Assembly: GCF_004010195.1 (NCBI RefSeq)
Contig: NC_057746.1
Location: forward strand, 676,138 to 733,672
Direction of reading: 5' to 3'
DNA: 57,535 nt
Source of the DNA: Chiloscyllium plagiosum
Taxonomy: Eukaryota
Part shown: piece after piece, positions 38,075 through 49,243 of the stretch
Position numbering within the stretch: the stretch's first letter is position 1
How the letters are laid out: every line of letters begins with the position of its first letter
The notes under the pieces: generated by a model
Seen by the model: the letters and a program-made list of their open reading frames with translations, nothing else
What the model was told of the DNA's origin: nothing
Database searches by the model: none
Program-made: the position numbers and the translations under genes

Positions 38075-39640
38075 TTCTCACGAGGCTTATTGAAATATAC
38101 GGACATGCAACCTCACAAAATCTGACAATGCAAGAAATACTGAACATCTAGACTCCATTTGACATCCAGAGTTGATCGAAATGAAAAGTTGATGTTGCTA
38201 TGCCAAATCCAGTTTACATAAAATACAAGCTGGCTGGAGGAGCCATTGCACAACGTATGTTGCATCCTGATCATTAGTCTTCATACGCAACCAGAATTCT
38301 GACAGAAAAATTCTAGATTTTTTTCTCCCCCCACAAAATGATCACGTAACGTTTTTAAAAACTGTTCAACTTCAACCATGAACTGGTCAGGGCCGGCATT
38401 GAATAGAGTTTAGGGCCCAAATGAACGGTGTATCCTTTTTCCCTGATTTGGAAATGACAAAAATGTGACTTCAGGCAGCTGAGGTGGTCATTCATCACAT
38501 GAGAGGGACACTTTGAATTCATTGTCATGCATAAACTTGTACATTTCAACACATTATTATTTCAGGTGGACTCAGTTGAAGAATATTTGTGTTGTTTCCT
38601 TGTGCACTTGGATTCAGTTTGTTTAGATTCCCAAGTCTGTGACATTAAAATTCAGACTCATTTGAGTTTGGTCAGAGAAAAATCAATGAATTATTTTACT
38701 TTTGTTTGCAACCCTTTGCAAATGAAAGCAGGTGATCCCTCCATTCAGGAGACCTTTGTAATACCTGTTCCTGTTAGCAGCCAGTGGAGCTCAGTGTAAA
38801 ACAACATGTCACGAACAGAGCACATGTCTTCTCAGAGTTCCTTACCTACAAGGTCAGTTTGATGGGATTGATAACGTATGTGACCCACTGCAACACTTCA
38901 CCCAGCTCTGTACATAATTCCTCAGTTGTTGACTGTTCCCGGTGAAACACTCAGCAAGTACAGACAACAGACAGAGCAATTCCTTTCACATAGCACGCCA
39001 TATAGCCAGAGCAATGCCAGCACAAAATCCAACCGTGCAATCTCAGGGAATACTGTTGTCCTCCATCCAATCCTTAACCCCCCTCCATAAAATGTGAATA
39101 TCTATTGTGCCGTTTTATGCACAGGAAATGTAAGACAGAAGAGAATGTTTCTGGCAATAATATTCACCCATAGGTGGATCATAAAAAGCCACGAAGTGCA
39201 CATCACACCTATTAGTGCTCACATCAGTTTGAAGAACAAAAGCAGGAGTTCACTTCAGGCACTCCACTGATGTGGTTTCCTGGTCCCATGCAAACACCCC
39301 AACTCTTTACTGCAAATCTACTTGCCTCTGCTACTCCCAAACATTATTTTAACTGCGTCTTCATTGCCTGTGCAATCCAAGAATTCATTATCTCTTTGAG
39401 CTTGTTAAGGCCAGGTAAGACCCTCTGAAACTAAACTTGCGGCTCTTCAACATTGAACAAATTGTCAGTTTCCCAGGGAATTCTTTCTGAACTACCTTCA
39501 AGTTTCAATCTTAAGTTTATTCAGTTTCATGCTTTTGTTAAACAGCAATGAGAAATAATTGAGACATTTTGTTCTTCTTTGGGTTCAGCAAAAGCCCATA
39601 CTCAAGGAAAGCCCCTTCATATTTGCATTCAGATTTCTTG
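38075..39640 (-). mobile_element. Fossil hAT (Charlie/Buster-type) transposase
   Basis: Manual minus-strand translation across frameshifts gives colinear motifs: KYEGAFLEYG, NKSMKLNKL, FVLQTDVST, NILFC, CFHRE..ELGEVLQ..VINPIK, LFYTELHWL..GQVLQR, LNKLNPSAQGNNTNILQL, SEFW, LC.TGFG. Confidence 0.8.
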
Positions 39641-39745
39641 GTTGTCATTTGCAGTAGAGGCAAAAATCTTGCTGCTGACCCACTGATGGAGACAGGGATC
39701 ATAGAATCTCTACAGCTTAGAAACTGGCCATTTGGCCCATCATAT

Positions 39746-40062
39746 CATAGAATCTCTACAGCTTGGAAGCAAGCCATTTGGCCTATCAGGTCCAAACCAA
39801 CCCTCTGAAGAACATCCCACCCAGACTAACCTCCTACCCCAAGGCTAATCCACCTAGCTTACACATCCCTGGACTCTATGGGCAACTTAGCACAGCCAGT
39901 CTCCTTAATCTGCACACCTCTGGACTGTGGGAGGAAACTGGAGTACCTGAAAGAAACCCACACGGATACAGGGAGAATGTGCAAATTCCACACAGACAAT
40001 CATCCAAGGGTGGAATTGAACCGTGGTCCCTGGTGCTGTGAGGCGGCAGTGCCACCACTGAT
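39746..40062 (-). mobile_element. HE1-type V-SINE, older copy
   Basis: Reverse complement of the consensus. Confidence 0.8.
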
Positions 40063-40769
40063 GTGACCTTGACACCCACTGAATCACAGCCAGAAATAAA
40101 ATTACTGCCCACCCCCCCAATTTCCTTAATGCTTTCAATTGTACTCCAGAATCTTCCTCCCTCATACCAACCAACCCTTCATGGTCCCTTTGAAAGATTT
40201 GCATCTTCCTGTTGCACAAAATTGCCTTGGACAAGTCGACCTATAGATTTCATAGAGTGCACTTGCAAACAGTGCAACACTAGGAAGGCTACTGTCATAC
40301 AGTGCTATCAACAGTTCACCCGATTGCTACGAGCGTGTGTGTGAGGGTCTCATTTTCTAATTCAGAGCTATATATATATATAGACACTGATATTTACCAT
40401 TTCACATTCTTGCAATCAGAGAAAACTGTTCATTTAATCTATTTCTTTTTTACAGGAAAATATATAGATTCAGTTTATTTTTAATAATTCATTAGCACAC
40501 AAGAATGAAGATTAAAACATCAAATGTGAAATAGTTTTTATTAATTATTTTGAGGTTTATGATATCTGAGATACAACTTCACTGATTCTACTGGCCTTCC
40601 ACTGTTATAGGGAGTATAGTGTCACAGCAATATTCCAGGCTCAGTCGTCTAGAGATTTAGGGAGTAAACATTCAAGTCCCATCATAGCGGCTATTAGAAT
40701 ATAAAATTAAAAGGAAAATTGGAATTAAAAGCTCGTTTGAGTGATTGCTGTGACAATTATAATATCATA

Positions 40770-41130
40770 GTCGATAGTATGGTGCTGGAAAAGCACAGTC
40801 GGTCAGGCAGTATTGTTTTTCCAGCACCACGTTCTCGACTTTGCTCTCCAGCATCTGCAGACCTCACTTTCCCCAAGTTGAATTCAACCTTACTGCGAAG
40901 CCTCTTCCAAGGATGCCTACCTTGAAGAGGTTCTCCTTTCTCTATAAGGATCTTTCTCTCATTGCACCCCCCACCCCCCAGGTCATCTCTTCTCCCTGAA
41001 GCTCTTCAGCTATGTCCTGAAGCAGACTTGCTACCACAGCCATGATGCTGTCTGATCTGCTGTGCTTTTCCAGAACCACACTCTCGACTCTGATCTCCAG
41101 CGTCTCCAGCAGTCCTCGCCTCCTCCTCCA
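40770..41130 (+). mobile_element. Rearranged Penelope terminal-repeat fragments inserted in another SINE
   Basis: GCTGGAAAAGCACAG / CTTTTCCAGCACCAC blocks in both orientations. Confidence 0.55.
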
Positions 41131-41134
41131 TTAA

Positions 41135-42035
41135 AATATCATTGATTGTTGTAAAAACCACCTCGCTTTCTCATGCTGTTTTGGGAGGAAATCTGCTGTC
41201 CTTACTTGGTCTGGCCTACAGATGACTGCATTAATGTGATTCACTCTTAACTGTCCCTCTTGGCATCCCTAGCCACTCAGTTCAAGGGCAATTAGGGATG
41301 GGCAAATGGTGGACTTGCCAGTGATGGTCCATAAATGTTGGCAGGTAAAATAAAAAAACCCGAGAGGGGAAGAAAAAGAAAGCTGAGATTCTGAGTTTTG
41401 CCAAAATCTCACCAAGATCAGAGAAGGGTAACCCCTCACAGATCTTTAAGTTCTGTACTCCTAATTTAAACTTTGGGCATGTTTAGGGTAGGCAGACAAG
41501 CCTCATGGACAATTACTGTGAAGCTCAAGGTGCAGTGTCTAAGCCTTTTTTTTAATAGCTCCTTCTCCCATTCACTAGCTCCCCTCACCAGTCTCTCCCC
41601 CCACCTCACTCCCCACCTTCCCTTTCCTGCACAACCCCCACCACATGGGCACCACCATCACCTCCCTCCCATCCCTGCTACAAAAACAGGTCCAGCCTAA
41701 TGCTGTGGATTCTAATCTCATCACTAAAACCGGTGGAATTTAAATTCAAATTTAACGAATTGAAAGAAGGTCTGGTACACAGTAACGGTGACTGTGAGAT
41801 AATTCTATTAAAAGCCCATCTGATTCACCAATAACTGTTAGGGAAGGAAGTCTGCCCTCCTCACCAGGTCTGACCTACATGTGTCTCCAAACCCACAGCA
41901 ATGTGGTTGACTCTTAACTGCCCTATGACATGGTGTAATGGGCCATTCGGTTGAAAGACAGTTAGGGATGGGCTGAAATGCTGGACTTGCCAACTTTGCC
42001 CACATCCCATGAAAGAATAAATAGCAAGAAAAAAA
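41135..42035 (+). mobile_element. Two copies of a second SINE family (core GGAAGGAAATCTGCC..CTTACCTGGTCTGGCCTACA..GACTCTTAACTGCCC)
   Basis: Copies at 41135-41350 and 41700-42035; reverse copies at ~18880-19180, ~47725-48000 and ~54390-54680. Confidence 0.65.
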
Positions 42036-42252
42036 TGTGCTCACAGCCACTGGGAAAGCAAAATCTATGTCATGATGTCAACTCATGATCCTAGTTACTC
42101 TTTCTGTTACCGCTTGTGTAAAATTGGGTAAAATTGAAATCAATTCAACTATTCTTAGTAATATTTTCAGTTTCTCAATATTTTGAGCACAGATAGGATT
42201 CCATTACCTGTCATTAAAATAAACCCAACTGATATATAATGACGAGAGATGG

Positions 42253-42532
42253 AAATGTGTTGCTGGAAAAGCGCAGCAGGTCAGGCAGCATCTAGGGAAC
42301 AGGAGAATCGACGTTTCGGGCATTAGCCCTTCTTCAGGAATGAGGAAAGTGTGTCCAGCAGGCTAAGATAAAATGTAGGGAGGAGGGACTTGGGGGAGGG
42401 GCGTCGGAAATGTGATAGGTGGAAAGAGGTCAAGGTGAGGGTGATAGGTCAGACTGGGGTGGGGGCGGAGAGGTCGGGAAGAAGATTGCAGGTTAGGAAG
42501 GCGGTGCTGAATTTGATGGATTTGACTGAGAC
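42253..42532 (-). mobile_element. Penelope terminal region with intact hammerhead motif (42310-42337)
   Basis: Minus: CTGAAGA-A-GGGC-TAAT-GCCC-GAAA-CGTC. Confidence 0.8.
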
Positions 42533-42988
42533 CTAAACTATATAATGACCTACACTTGTTCAATCTGTGTAACATACTTTAATATGCACAAGTACAATCC
42601 ATCTCAGATATCCATCTGCTTCTGCCCTGCTTTTGTTTGTCACCCCCCCCCCCCCCCGCCCTTTTTTACTTGGTCATTCATACATCTATAGAATAGCGTT
42701 TTTTTTTATCCTGATAATTTTATTGCAGTTTCCCTTTGCTAGTTTTATTTATTTTCCAACATAATTAAACCCAAATAAACCCATAAACATAAATAAAGCC
42801 TTTTGTGAAGTTTTAGTTTTACTCATATCCCTATATTCTACCACAGTGTCCATTACGGGCTAAAATAAATACAGAAAGTGCTGGAAAAACTCAGCAAGTC
42901 AGGCATCTGAGGAGAGAGAGAGCCAAAGAGAAAGTTTTGAATCCAATGACTTTTCTGTTGAACGCCCATAGACAGGCTATGGGACTCG

Positions 42989-43203
42989 GGATCAGTGATG
43001 CTGGAAGAGCACAGCAGTTCAGGCAGCATCCAAGGAGCAGCGAAATCGAAATTTCGGGCAAAAGCCCTTCCTTTATTCATGATGAAGGGCTTTTGCCCGA
43101 AACGTCGATTTCGCTGCTCCTAGGATGCTGCCTAGACTGCTGTGCCCTTCCAGCACCACTAATCCAGAATCTGGTTTCCAGCATCTGCAGTCATTGTTTT
43201 TAC
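42989..43203. mobile_element. Palindromic Penelope-derived mini-element with 16-bp TSD, nested in an older palindromic element (~42865-43320)
   Basis: CAGGCTATGGGACTCG at 42973-42988 and 43204-43219; inverted arms. Confidence 0.85.
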
Positions 43204-43609
43204 CAGGCTATGGGACTCGAACTGCTAAATCCGCGTTTCTGTCTCCACAGATCCTGCTCAGTTTCCCCAGCACCTTCTGTTTCTCTTCTAGAGTGTCCAG
43301 CATCCACAGTATTTTGCTTCCGTCGCTGGCTCATTTGTTTTGCTTTCTAGTGAACATTGTTTCCCCTTTAAAAATCACAATTTTTCACGGATTTTCCACT
43401 GCTGTGTTATATCTTTGGTTGTCTGAACATGTTTTCAGCTTATTCACCTGCACCGGGCTTTTTTTCTAAAAAATATCTATGCGTTCCCAATCACTGTTCA
43501 CACTTCCTCAGTCAATGTTTACAGCGTCCATGTTTGTTTTGTGCGTGTTTTCCCCTATTTCTAGGGGCATAATGCCCTGTATCTAGGGTACAACGGCACA
43601 ATTTGAAAG

Positions 43610-44435
43610 GAGGATGGTGGTGGACTTAGATGCCAACTGGTGGAATGGACAGAAATATGGCATTTAAAGTTCAATGCCGAAAAGCGAGAAGTTGTACAGT
43701 TTGGGAGGAAGAATGAGGTAAGACTTTAGAAAAAGGAAATAAATCTAAAAGAGGTATAGAAGCTGAAGAAAAATCCTGGAGATTTCTGTGCATCGCTCAT
43801 TCAGAGTGACAGTTTAGGTAGAGAAACTGCCAAATAAAGCATAGGGGATTTTTATTTTTAAATAGAGGTCTAAAGTACAAAGATAACAGGAAGTTATGAT
43901 AAATCTGTAAAAGAATTGTTTTGGCCTCATTGTGTTAAGCCGGCATATCATACTGTAGCAAGGTTATGAAGGCATTTGAAGGAGTGAAAATATTTATTAG
44001 ATGAATTCTGGGGATGAGTAATTTCAATTACAAGGCAAGGTCGACAAAGTGGGATCATCATCTCCCGGAGGTTAAGAGGAAGTTCAGTTGAGATTTTCAA
44101 TAACGTGAGAGGCCTGGGAAAGAGTAAATACAGCCAAGCTGTTCCCTTTGATCGAAAACCAGAGGGCGTTGACTGGCGGAAGGAGTAACGACGAGGCGAG
44201 GAAAATAAAACTTGTATTTTATTCCCCCCGCAGCCAATGGTTTGGATCAGGAATGGACTGACTGGGGATGTGGGGCCGGATTGAACCGTGTCTTTCAAAG
44301 GGAAAACAGCTCAGTTTCTGAAGAGGCAGAAAATTGCGGGGCAAAGAGGAAACGGTGGGGCCAGCTGATCTGTTTCTGCAGACAGCCAGCCCTGAGACAA
44401 TGGGCCGAGCGGCCTGTTTCGGTGGCTGTGTGATT
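43610..44435 (+). mobile_element. Ancient CR1 LINE 3' part abutting the B2M promoter
   Basis: Remnant WHLKFNAEKREVVQFGRKN; tail TGGGCCGAGCGGCCTGTTTC at 44401. Confidence 0.6.
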
Positions 44436-44545
44436 TGTGTCTGTGTTTCTTTTTTTTAATGACCTGCTTCCCAGATTGCTGAACGCAATTCTCCTAAACC
44501 TGATCATGAGGTGGGTGGGACCCAGCCATTTGCTGGGTGGATGGG

Positions 44546-44557
44546 AGTTTCACTTTC
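44546..44557. promoter_or_regulatory. ISRE / IRF element of the B2M promoter
   Basis: AGTTTCACTTTC matches the consensus AGTTTCNNTTTC, ~290 bp upstream of the ATG. Confidence 0.75.
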
Positions 44558-44597
44558 ACCCGTGTTGTCTACCCGCCCAGTTGTGTTGCCCTTTTCA

Positions 44598-44664
44598 CAA
44601 ACTGTACAGACGTCCTTTACCCGGAGACCGATGACGCACAAAGGGGAGAATATTGCGACTGGCC
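44598..44664 (+). promoter_or_regulatory. S-X1-X2-Y module (RFX/CREB/NF-Y) of the B2M promoter
   Basis: S-like CAAACT 44598-44603, 16-bp spacer, X1 CCCGGAGACCGATG 44620-44633, X2 TGACGCA 44632-44638, Y-like GCGACTGGCC 44655-44664. Confidence 0.6.
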
Positions 44665-44678
44665 GCCTCGGGCTGGGT

Positions 44679-44774
44679 GGGCGGGGTTAGAGGGGCCGGG
44701 CTTTTTTCCTATTGGCGCAGGGCGGCGTGCCTGCTGCAGATTAACCGGGAGCCCAGGAAGTGAGGGGCATAAAG
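44679..44774 (+). promoter_or_regulatory. B2M core promoter (GC box, inverted CCAAT, ETS site, TATA-like)
   Basis: GGGCGGGG 44679, ATTGG 44711, CAGGAAGT 44754, CATAAAG 44768. Confidence 0.55.
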
Positions 44775-44843
44775 TGGGAGAGGAGCTTTCCGAGCGGACG
44801 GTGAGCACGAGTGACCCCAGAGTTGGACGTTGAATTAGCCAAA

Positions 44844-44895
44844 ATGATGCTGAAGCTGATCACTCTGGCCGTGATCGTGGCGCTGTGCTATGGCG
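44844..44895 (+). CDS. B2M: Beta-2-microglobulin exon 1 (signal peptide MMLKLITLAVIVALCYG)
   Basis: ATG at 44844, hydrophobic leader, phase-1 donor G|GTAAGT at 44896. Confidence 0.93.
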
Positions 44896-45236
44896 GTAAG
44901 TAGTGGGCTTACTGTTTGGGCAGATCCTGAGGTCGCCCCTTGAAGCTGCCAAAATAATTTGAACTTCAGCTATGGCCCCTCTGACCTGAACTGTCTCTCT
45001 CTCTTCTCACCCCCCCCCGGCCGGCCCACTTCTTTAATTATACCTCGGGGCACTGACCCTGGTCCAGGAGCAGTAAGTGAAAAGGCTTCCAGTTCACAAA
45101 CATGACTCGGAAGCCCATTAATTTCAGAAGGGGGAGACCTCAGGGGGTAGAGTCTTGAACTCTGTTTCGGGGTCTTCTGTTGCCTTACCCCATGGTAATG
45201 TAGGCAGCTGACATCCTCAGGAGACTTTACCTCTGT

Positions 45237-45600
45237 GCGGCACGGTGGCTCAGTGGTTAGCACTGCCCTGCCTCACCGCACCAGGGATTCCAGCCTTGGA
45301 CGACTGTCTGTGTAGAGCTTGCACATTCTCCCCGTGTCTGCGTGGGTTTCCCCCGGGTGATCCACAGTCCAAAGGTGTGCAGGTTAGTTGAATTGGCCAT
45401 GTTAAATTGCCCATAGTATTTACCCCTGACTAATGCACCTAATCTACACATCTCTGAACACTGAGATGTGTAGATTAGGTGCATTAGTCAGGGATAAATG
45501 TAGGATAGAAGGGGAATCGGTCTGGGCGGGTTACACTTTGAGGGTCGGTGTGGACTTGTTGAGCCAAAGGGCCTGTCTCCACACTGTTAGGGAGTCTATG
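45237..45600 (+). mobile_element. HE1-type V-SINE in B2M intron 1 with internal inverted duplication
   Basis: SINE structure; 37-bp inverted arms 45418-45454 and 45463-45499. Confidence 0.85.
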
Positions 45601-46500
45601 ATCCTATAAGGATGTCAGTGGGTTTGTGAAATTGTGAGAATTTGACCAGGAAAGTCATGGCTGAGGGATTGGGTTTCTAATTCTATGACTGAGAGTGATC
45701 CAAAGTACCAAAATATTGCGCACTTGGTTTATCAGAACTCAATTTCTACAAACCTATAGATTTTCCCCATGAAATACTGGGAATACTAAACAGCCTGACC
45801 ATATCGGTGAAGAGAGAGGGAGAGTTACTGTTTCAGATCAATGATCATTTGTCAAAAACAAAGAAATACTAACTTTCTTGGATCATCTCTAGCATTTTTT
45901 CTTGCTATTCTAAATGTGTAGCAACCATGACATTTTTATCTTCGCCAGATACTAGGCTAAACCTTTACTTTCATTTTCCATCCCACACGCTGTTTATTCT
46001 GTTTTCAGTATCTTGTATTTCTTGTCTTCTCTGACTTTTCAACAATCCCTCTCCCACTTCAGTTTCATTTTAATGTTTTTTGTTTGTTTAGATATCTATT
46101 CTGTTCATTACTGGCATTCAGAATTCCCAATTAGCGGACAGAAATCTCCTGGAGACTGTGACCAGGAGATCTCCATTCAATCTCTCAGAAAGTGAGGCCA
46201 AAAGTTCAGTCTTTTACATGAATGTTTCACAGAGGCTGAGATTGGGCAATCTCTGTTAGTGTATGGATATATCCCAAAGTCTGAAAATGAGAGATCTCAG
46301 TCAGTGCATGGATGTCTCCCAGAGCTTGGGATTGAGTGATCTTGTTTGTTCCAGAAGCTGGGACCAAGCAATTCCAATCATTACCTAGCAATCTCCCAGC
46401 TTCTGGTAATATCTAAGTGACCCCACTCAGTGTTGGGTGATGGGTTTGAATACAAGTGCTCTTGATTTGTATCGACTCTGAACTTTTGCTCTGTCCCTAG

Positions 46501-46776
46501 GTTCTTCTCCGAATGTACAGGTGTATACCTACAAACCGATAAAGGAGGGCGAACCCAACGTGCTGCTCTGTCATGCCAAAGATTTCAGCCCCCCCAACAT
46601 CAAGATGGAGCTGCTGGAAAATGGAGTAGTCATTCCCAATGCCAATCATTCTGACCTGTCCTTTGAGTCAGATTGGAGTTTCAAACTCACTCTTCATGCA
46701 GCCTTCACCCCCCAGAGCAGGAACAAGTACTCCTGTAGGGTTAACCACAATGACAAGTCAAAAGAGATTCAGCTTG
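46501..46776 (+). CDS. B2M: Beta-2-microglobulin exon 2 (Ig C1 domain)
   Basis: Acceptor CCCTAG|; GSSPNVQVYTY..NVLLCHAKDFSPPNI..DLSFESDWSFKL..FTP..YSCRVNH; Cys codons 46569 and 46734 are 55 codons apart, as in B2M C25-C80; donor G|GTAAGT at 46777. Confidence 0.98.
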
Positions 46777-48173
46777 GTAAGTAATCTGTGTACTCATGTC
46801 TAATGCACATTCTCCAATAATTATCTCCTTTGGTAGCTGTTCATCAATGGCAAATGTAATCAGACACACAGAATTTCTCATTCACTGATAAATTGACATC
46901 CATACTTGATTAGATTCCATACTGTCATTCAGTCCTTAATCTGGACATAATCCAACTGATCCCCCTTGTAAAAGTATGTGTACTTATACTCCAGTGTGAA
47001 GAATTTGTACCTTTTTTTCGCTATTGCGACCGGCAGCTCAAATCAGGACGTTTTAACCAACCTGTTATGATTAAGCTCACCAGATGCAGTGTTCATGCCT
47101 GGGGAGGTGGGCGTGGGATTGGGTCAAATCTGCCACCTCAGGAAACCGATTGGAAGCAGCCATGAAAATGGTCAAGTGCTGAAGTGACCTCATTAAAAGG
47201 ACCTCTCTATTCCACAGAATGTTGTACTAGGTGCCTGTCACAATTTCACCCATGGCCCTTTAACTCACTTCCCATGGCCCTTTAACTCTGTGCGCTGAGC
47301 CAGTAAGCTGTATAACAGTAGCAAACATTGAAATGCTAATGGGAAAGAAGATGAGCTTTCACAATCCTAAAGAAGTGTCAGTCACATGATATTAATAAGA
47401 GAAACTTCACTTGATATTTTGTAGTCTTATCTGAATAAATTCAGACATTGACAAATGATATCAAAGAAGGAATAATTTATTTAAAGCCATCAAACAAACA
47501 ACATAAATACTGCAGTTCCATCTGATAATGCAGACTGAAGTAATCAAATTGTGAGCCTTGGAACTCAGCCAAGCATTCCTATAAGGCCACAAGGGAACTG
47601 TATCAGCAGAATCAGGTGATCTTATGATGGTTCCTTGGGCCTATGGTTCTCAAAATTCTCCAAACCTGGCAGTTACCTCATCTTGTATCTGTATGTGTTG
47701 TTTTAGATGTTGATTAGTTAACAATTCCTCTTTTACATTCATTTGTGGGATGTGGGTGATGCTGGCTAATTATTGTCCATCCCCAATTTACCAGAGGGCA
47801 GCTACATTGGTTCTGGAGTCACTTATAAACCAGACCAAGTCAAGAAGGCAGGTTTCCTTCCCTGAAGGACATTAATGAAGCAGATTGCATTTTTATAACA
47901 ATTGTCAATGATTGCCTTCACATCAGCTTCATTCAGATTTTTCATGGAGATATTCAAACCATTAGCCAGAGTTTCTGGATTACACATTACCATCACACCA
48001 ACACCTCCCTGTCGGTTTATCAGACTGCCATGATGGGGGAGAGCAGAGTAAACAGAACCGGGATTTCAAACCAGTCATTCCATTTTCCTTCGTGTGTATT
48101 TAAGCCTGGGTGACAGCTGGGCAGCTGGAAGTTTTGGTTACAGACTAATGTTTTTCTCTGTTTTCACCCACAG

Positions 48174-48184
48174 ATACCTACTAG
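48174..48184 (+). CDS. B2M: Beta-2-microglobulin exon 3, coding part (D-T-Y-stop); exon likely 48174-48199
   Basis: Polypyrimidine tract plus CCCACAG| acceptor; (G)AT ACC TAC TAG; donor-like AG|GTAAGC at 48200; total CDS 339 nt, 112 aa. Confidence 0.88.
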
Positions 48185-49237
48185 CTTGTCACCGCAGAGG
48201 TAAGCAGTGACTCAGAGGAACAGCCAAGTTAACAGAGGAGACATTTTCCAGCACAGAATGCAAATCGACATACTGTGTTTTTCTTTTTTTTGCCCTCTCA
48301 CTGAAATTATGATGAGGCTACTCAAGGAATCTACCAATTCTGAGGGATCATATCGATTTCTTTCAAATAATCTTTAAGTGTAAAATCAATAAGTCATCTT
48401 AAACGAATTTACGTGATGGGAGTATGTTTGCTTTTGGCTCTGCAATCTTTGTAATTTACACCTTTGACATTTTGTGTATTTCTGAGATGGCTTTAACTTT
48501 TACCTGTACTTGCTAATGAATTTGTGAAGTTCTGACTTGGGTTGTTCTAAAATTGCTGTTCCAACAATGTTGGATATACTGAAAAATGAAGAAAAAATGA
48601 TGAATGCAAGAAAAAGGCCAGTTCAAATCTAATCTGCAAAATTAGATGATGTAGAGACAGCAATACCTGCGCAGGAGGCTAGCCAGAGCTAGGGCCATTA
48701 AAGCTCAACCACTTGAAGAATTGACAGTTATTTGGTTTAGATTTGGAACTCCAGTTGCTTTGCACTAAAGAGCAGACACATACCTTATGCCCTACTCTGT
48801 TAACGGTGTATCCCAAATAACCAACACAATTTCTTGTCCTCAAAGCCAGGGATTGGAACCCTGGGTCCATGTGGAACGCCACAAGTCTGAACCCAATCTC
48901 TTTCCCAACTTGCTTTCCATTCCATCTTCCTGATTTATCCTGGAAAATCTTGCGATTAGTGAAGTTATCTTGACCGTGAGATGTTGGAATATCACAATTT
49001 TAACATTTGGACTTGGCGTAATACAGAGATTAGCACCGCCACATAGATTAATTTTTTTAGAGAGCCTCTTCTGCAAGCCATATATTTCAACATGTTATTA
49101 AGAATTTTTGCAAGTGGGAGTTTTGGGATAGTGCAGATAGCAGATAGTGCTGTTAAGAATAATTACATTCAATATAACTTTAATTCCATGTGATACGTGC
49201 ACTGTCTTTTACTATTCTCTATATGCTTATTGGTGTG

Positions 49238-49243
49238 AATAAA
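49238..49243 (+). terminator. Candidate B2M polyadenylation signal
   Basis: First AATAAA I found downstream of the stop codon, followed by a T/GT-rich stretch. Confidence 0.4.

Noticed and set aside
44543-44552. kB-like GGGAGTTTCA overlapping the ISRE
   Set aside because: Lacks the terminal CC of the consensus; fully explained by the ISRE
46521-46784. ORF-track call of an 87-aa stand-alone protein
   Set aside because: It is B2M exon 2 read from an internal GTG into intron 2; true boundaries are 46501-46776
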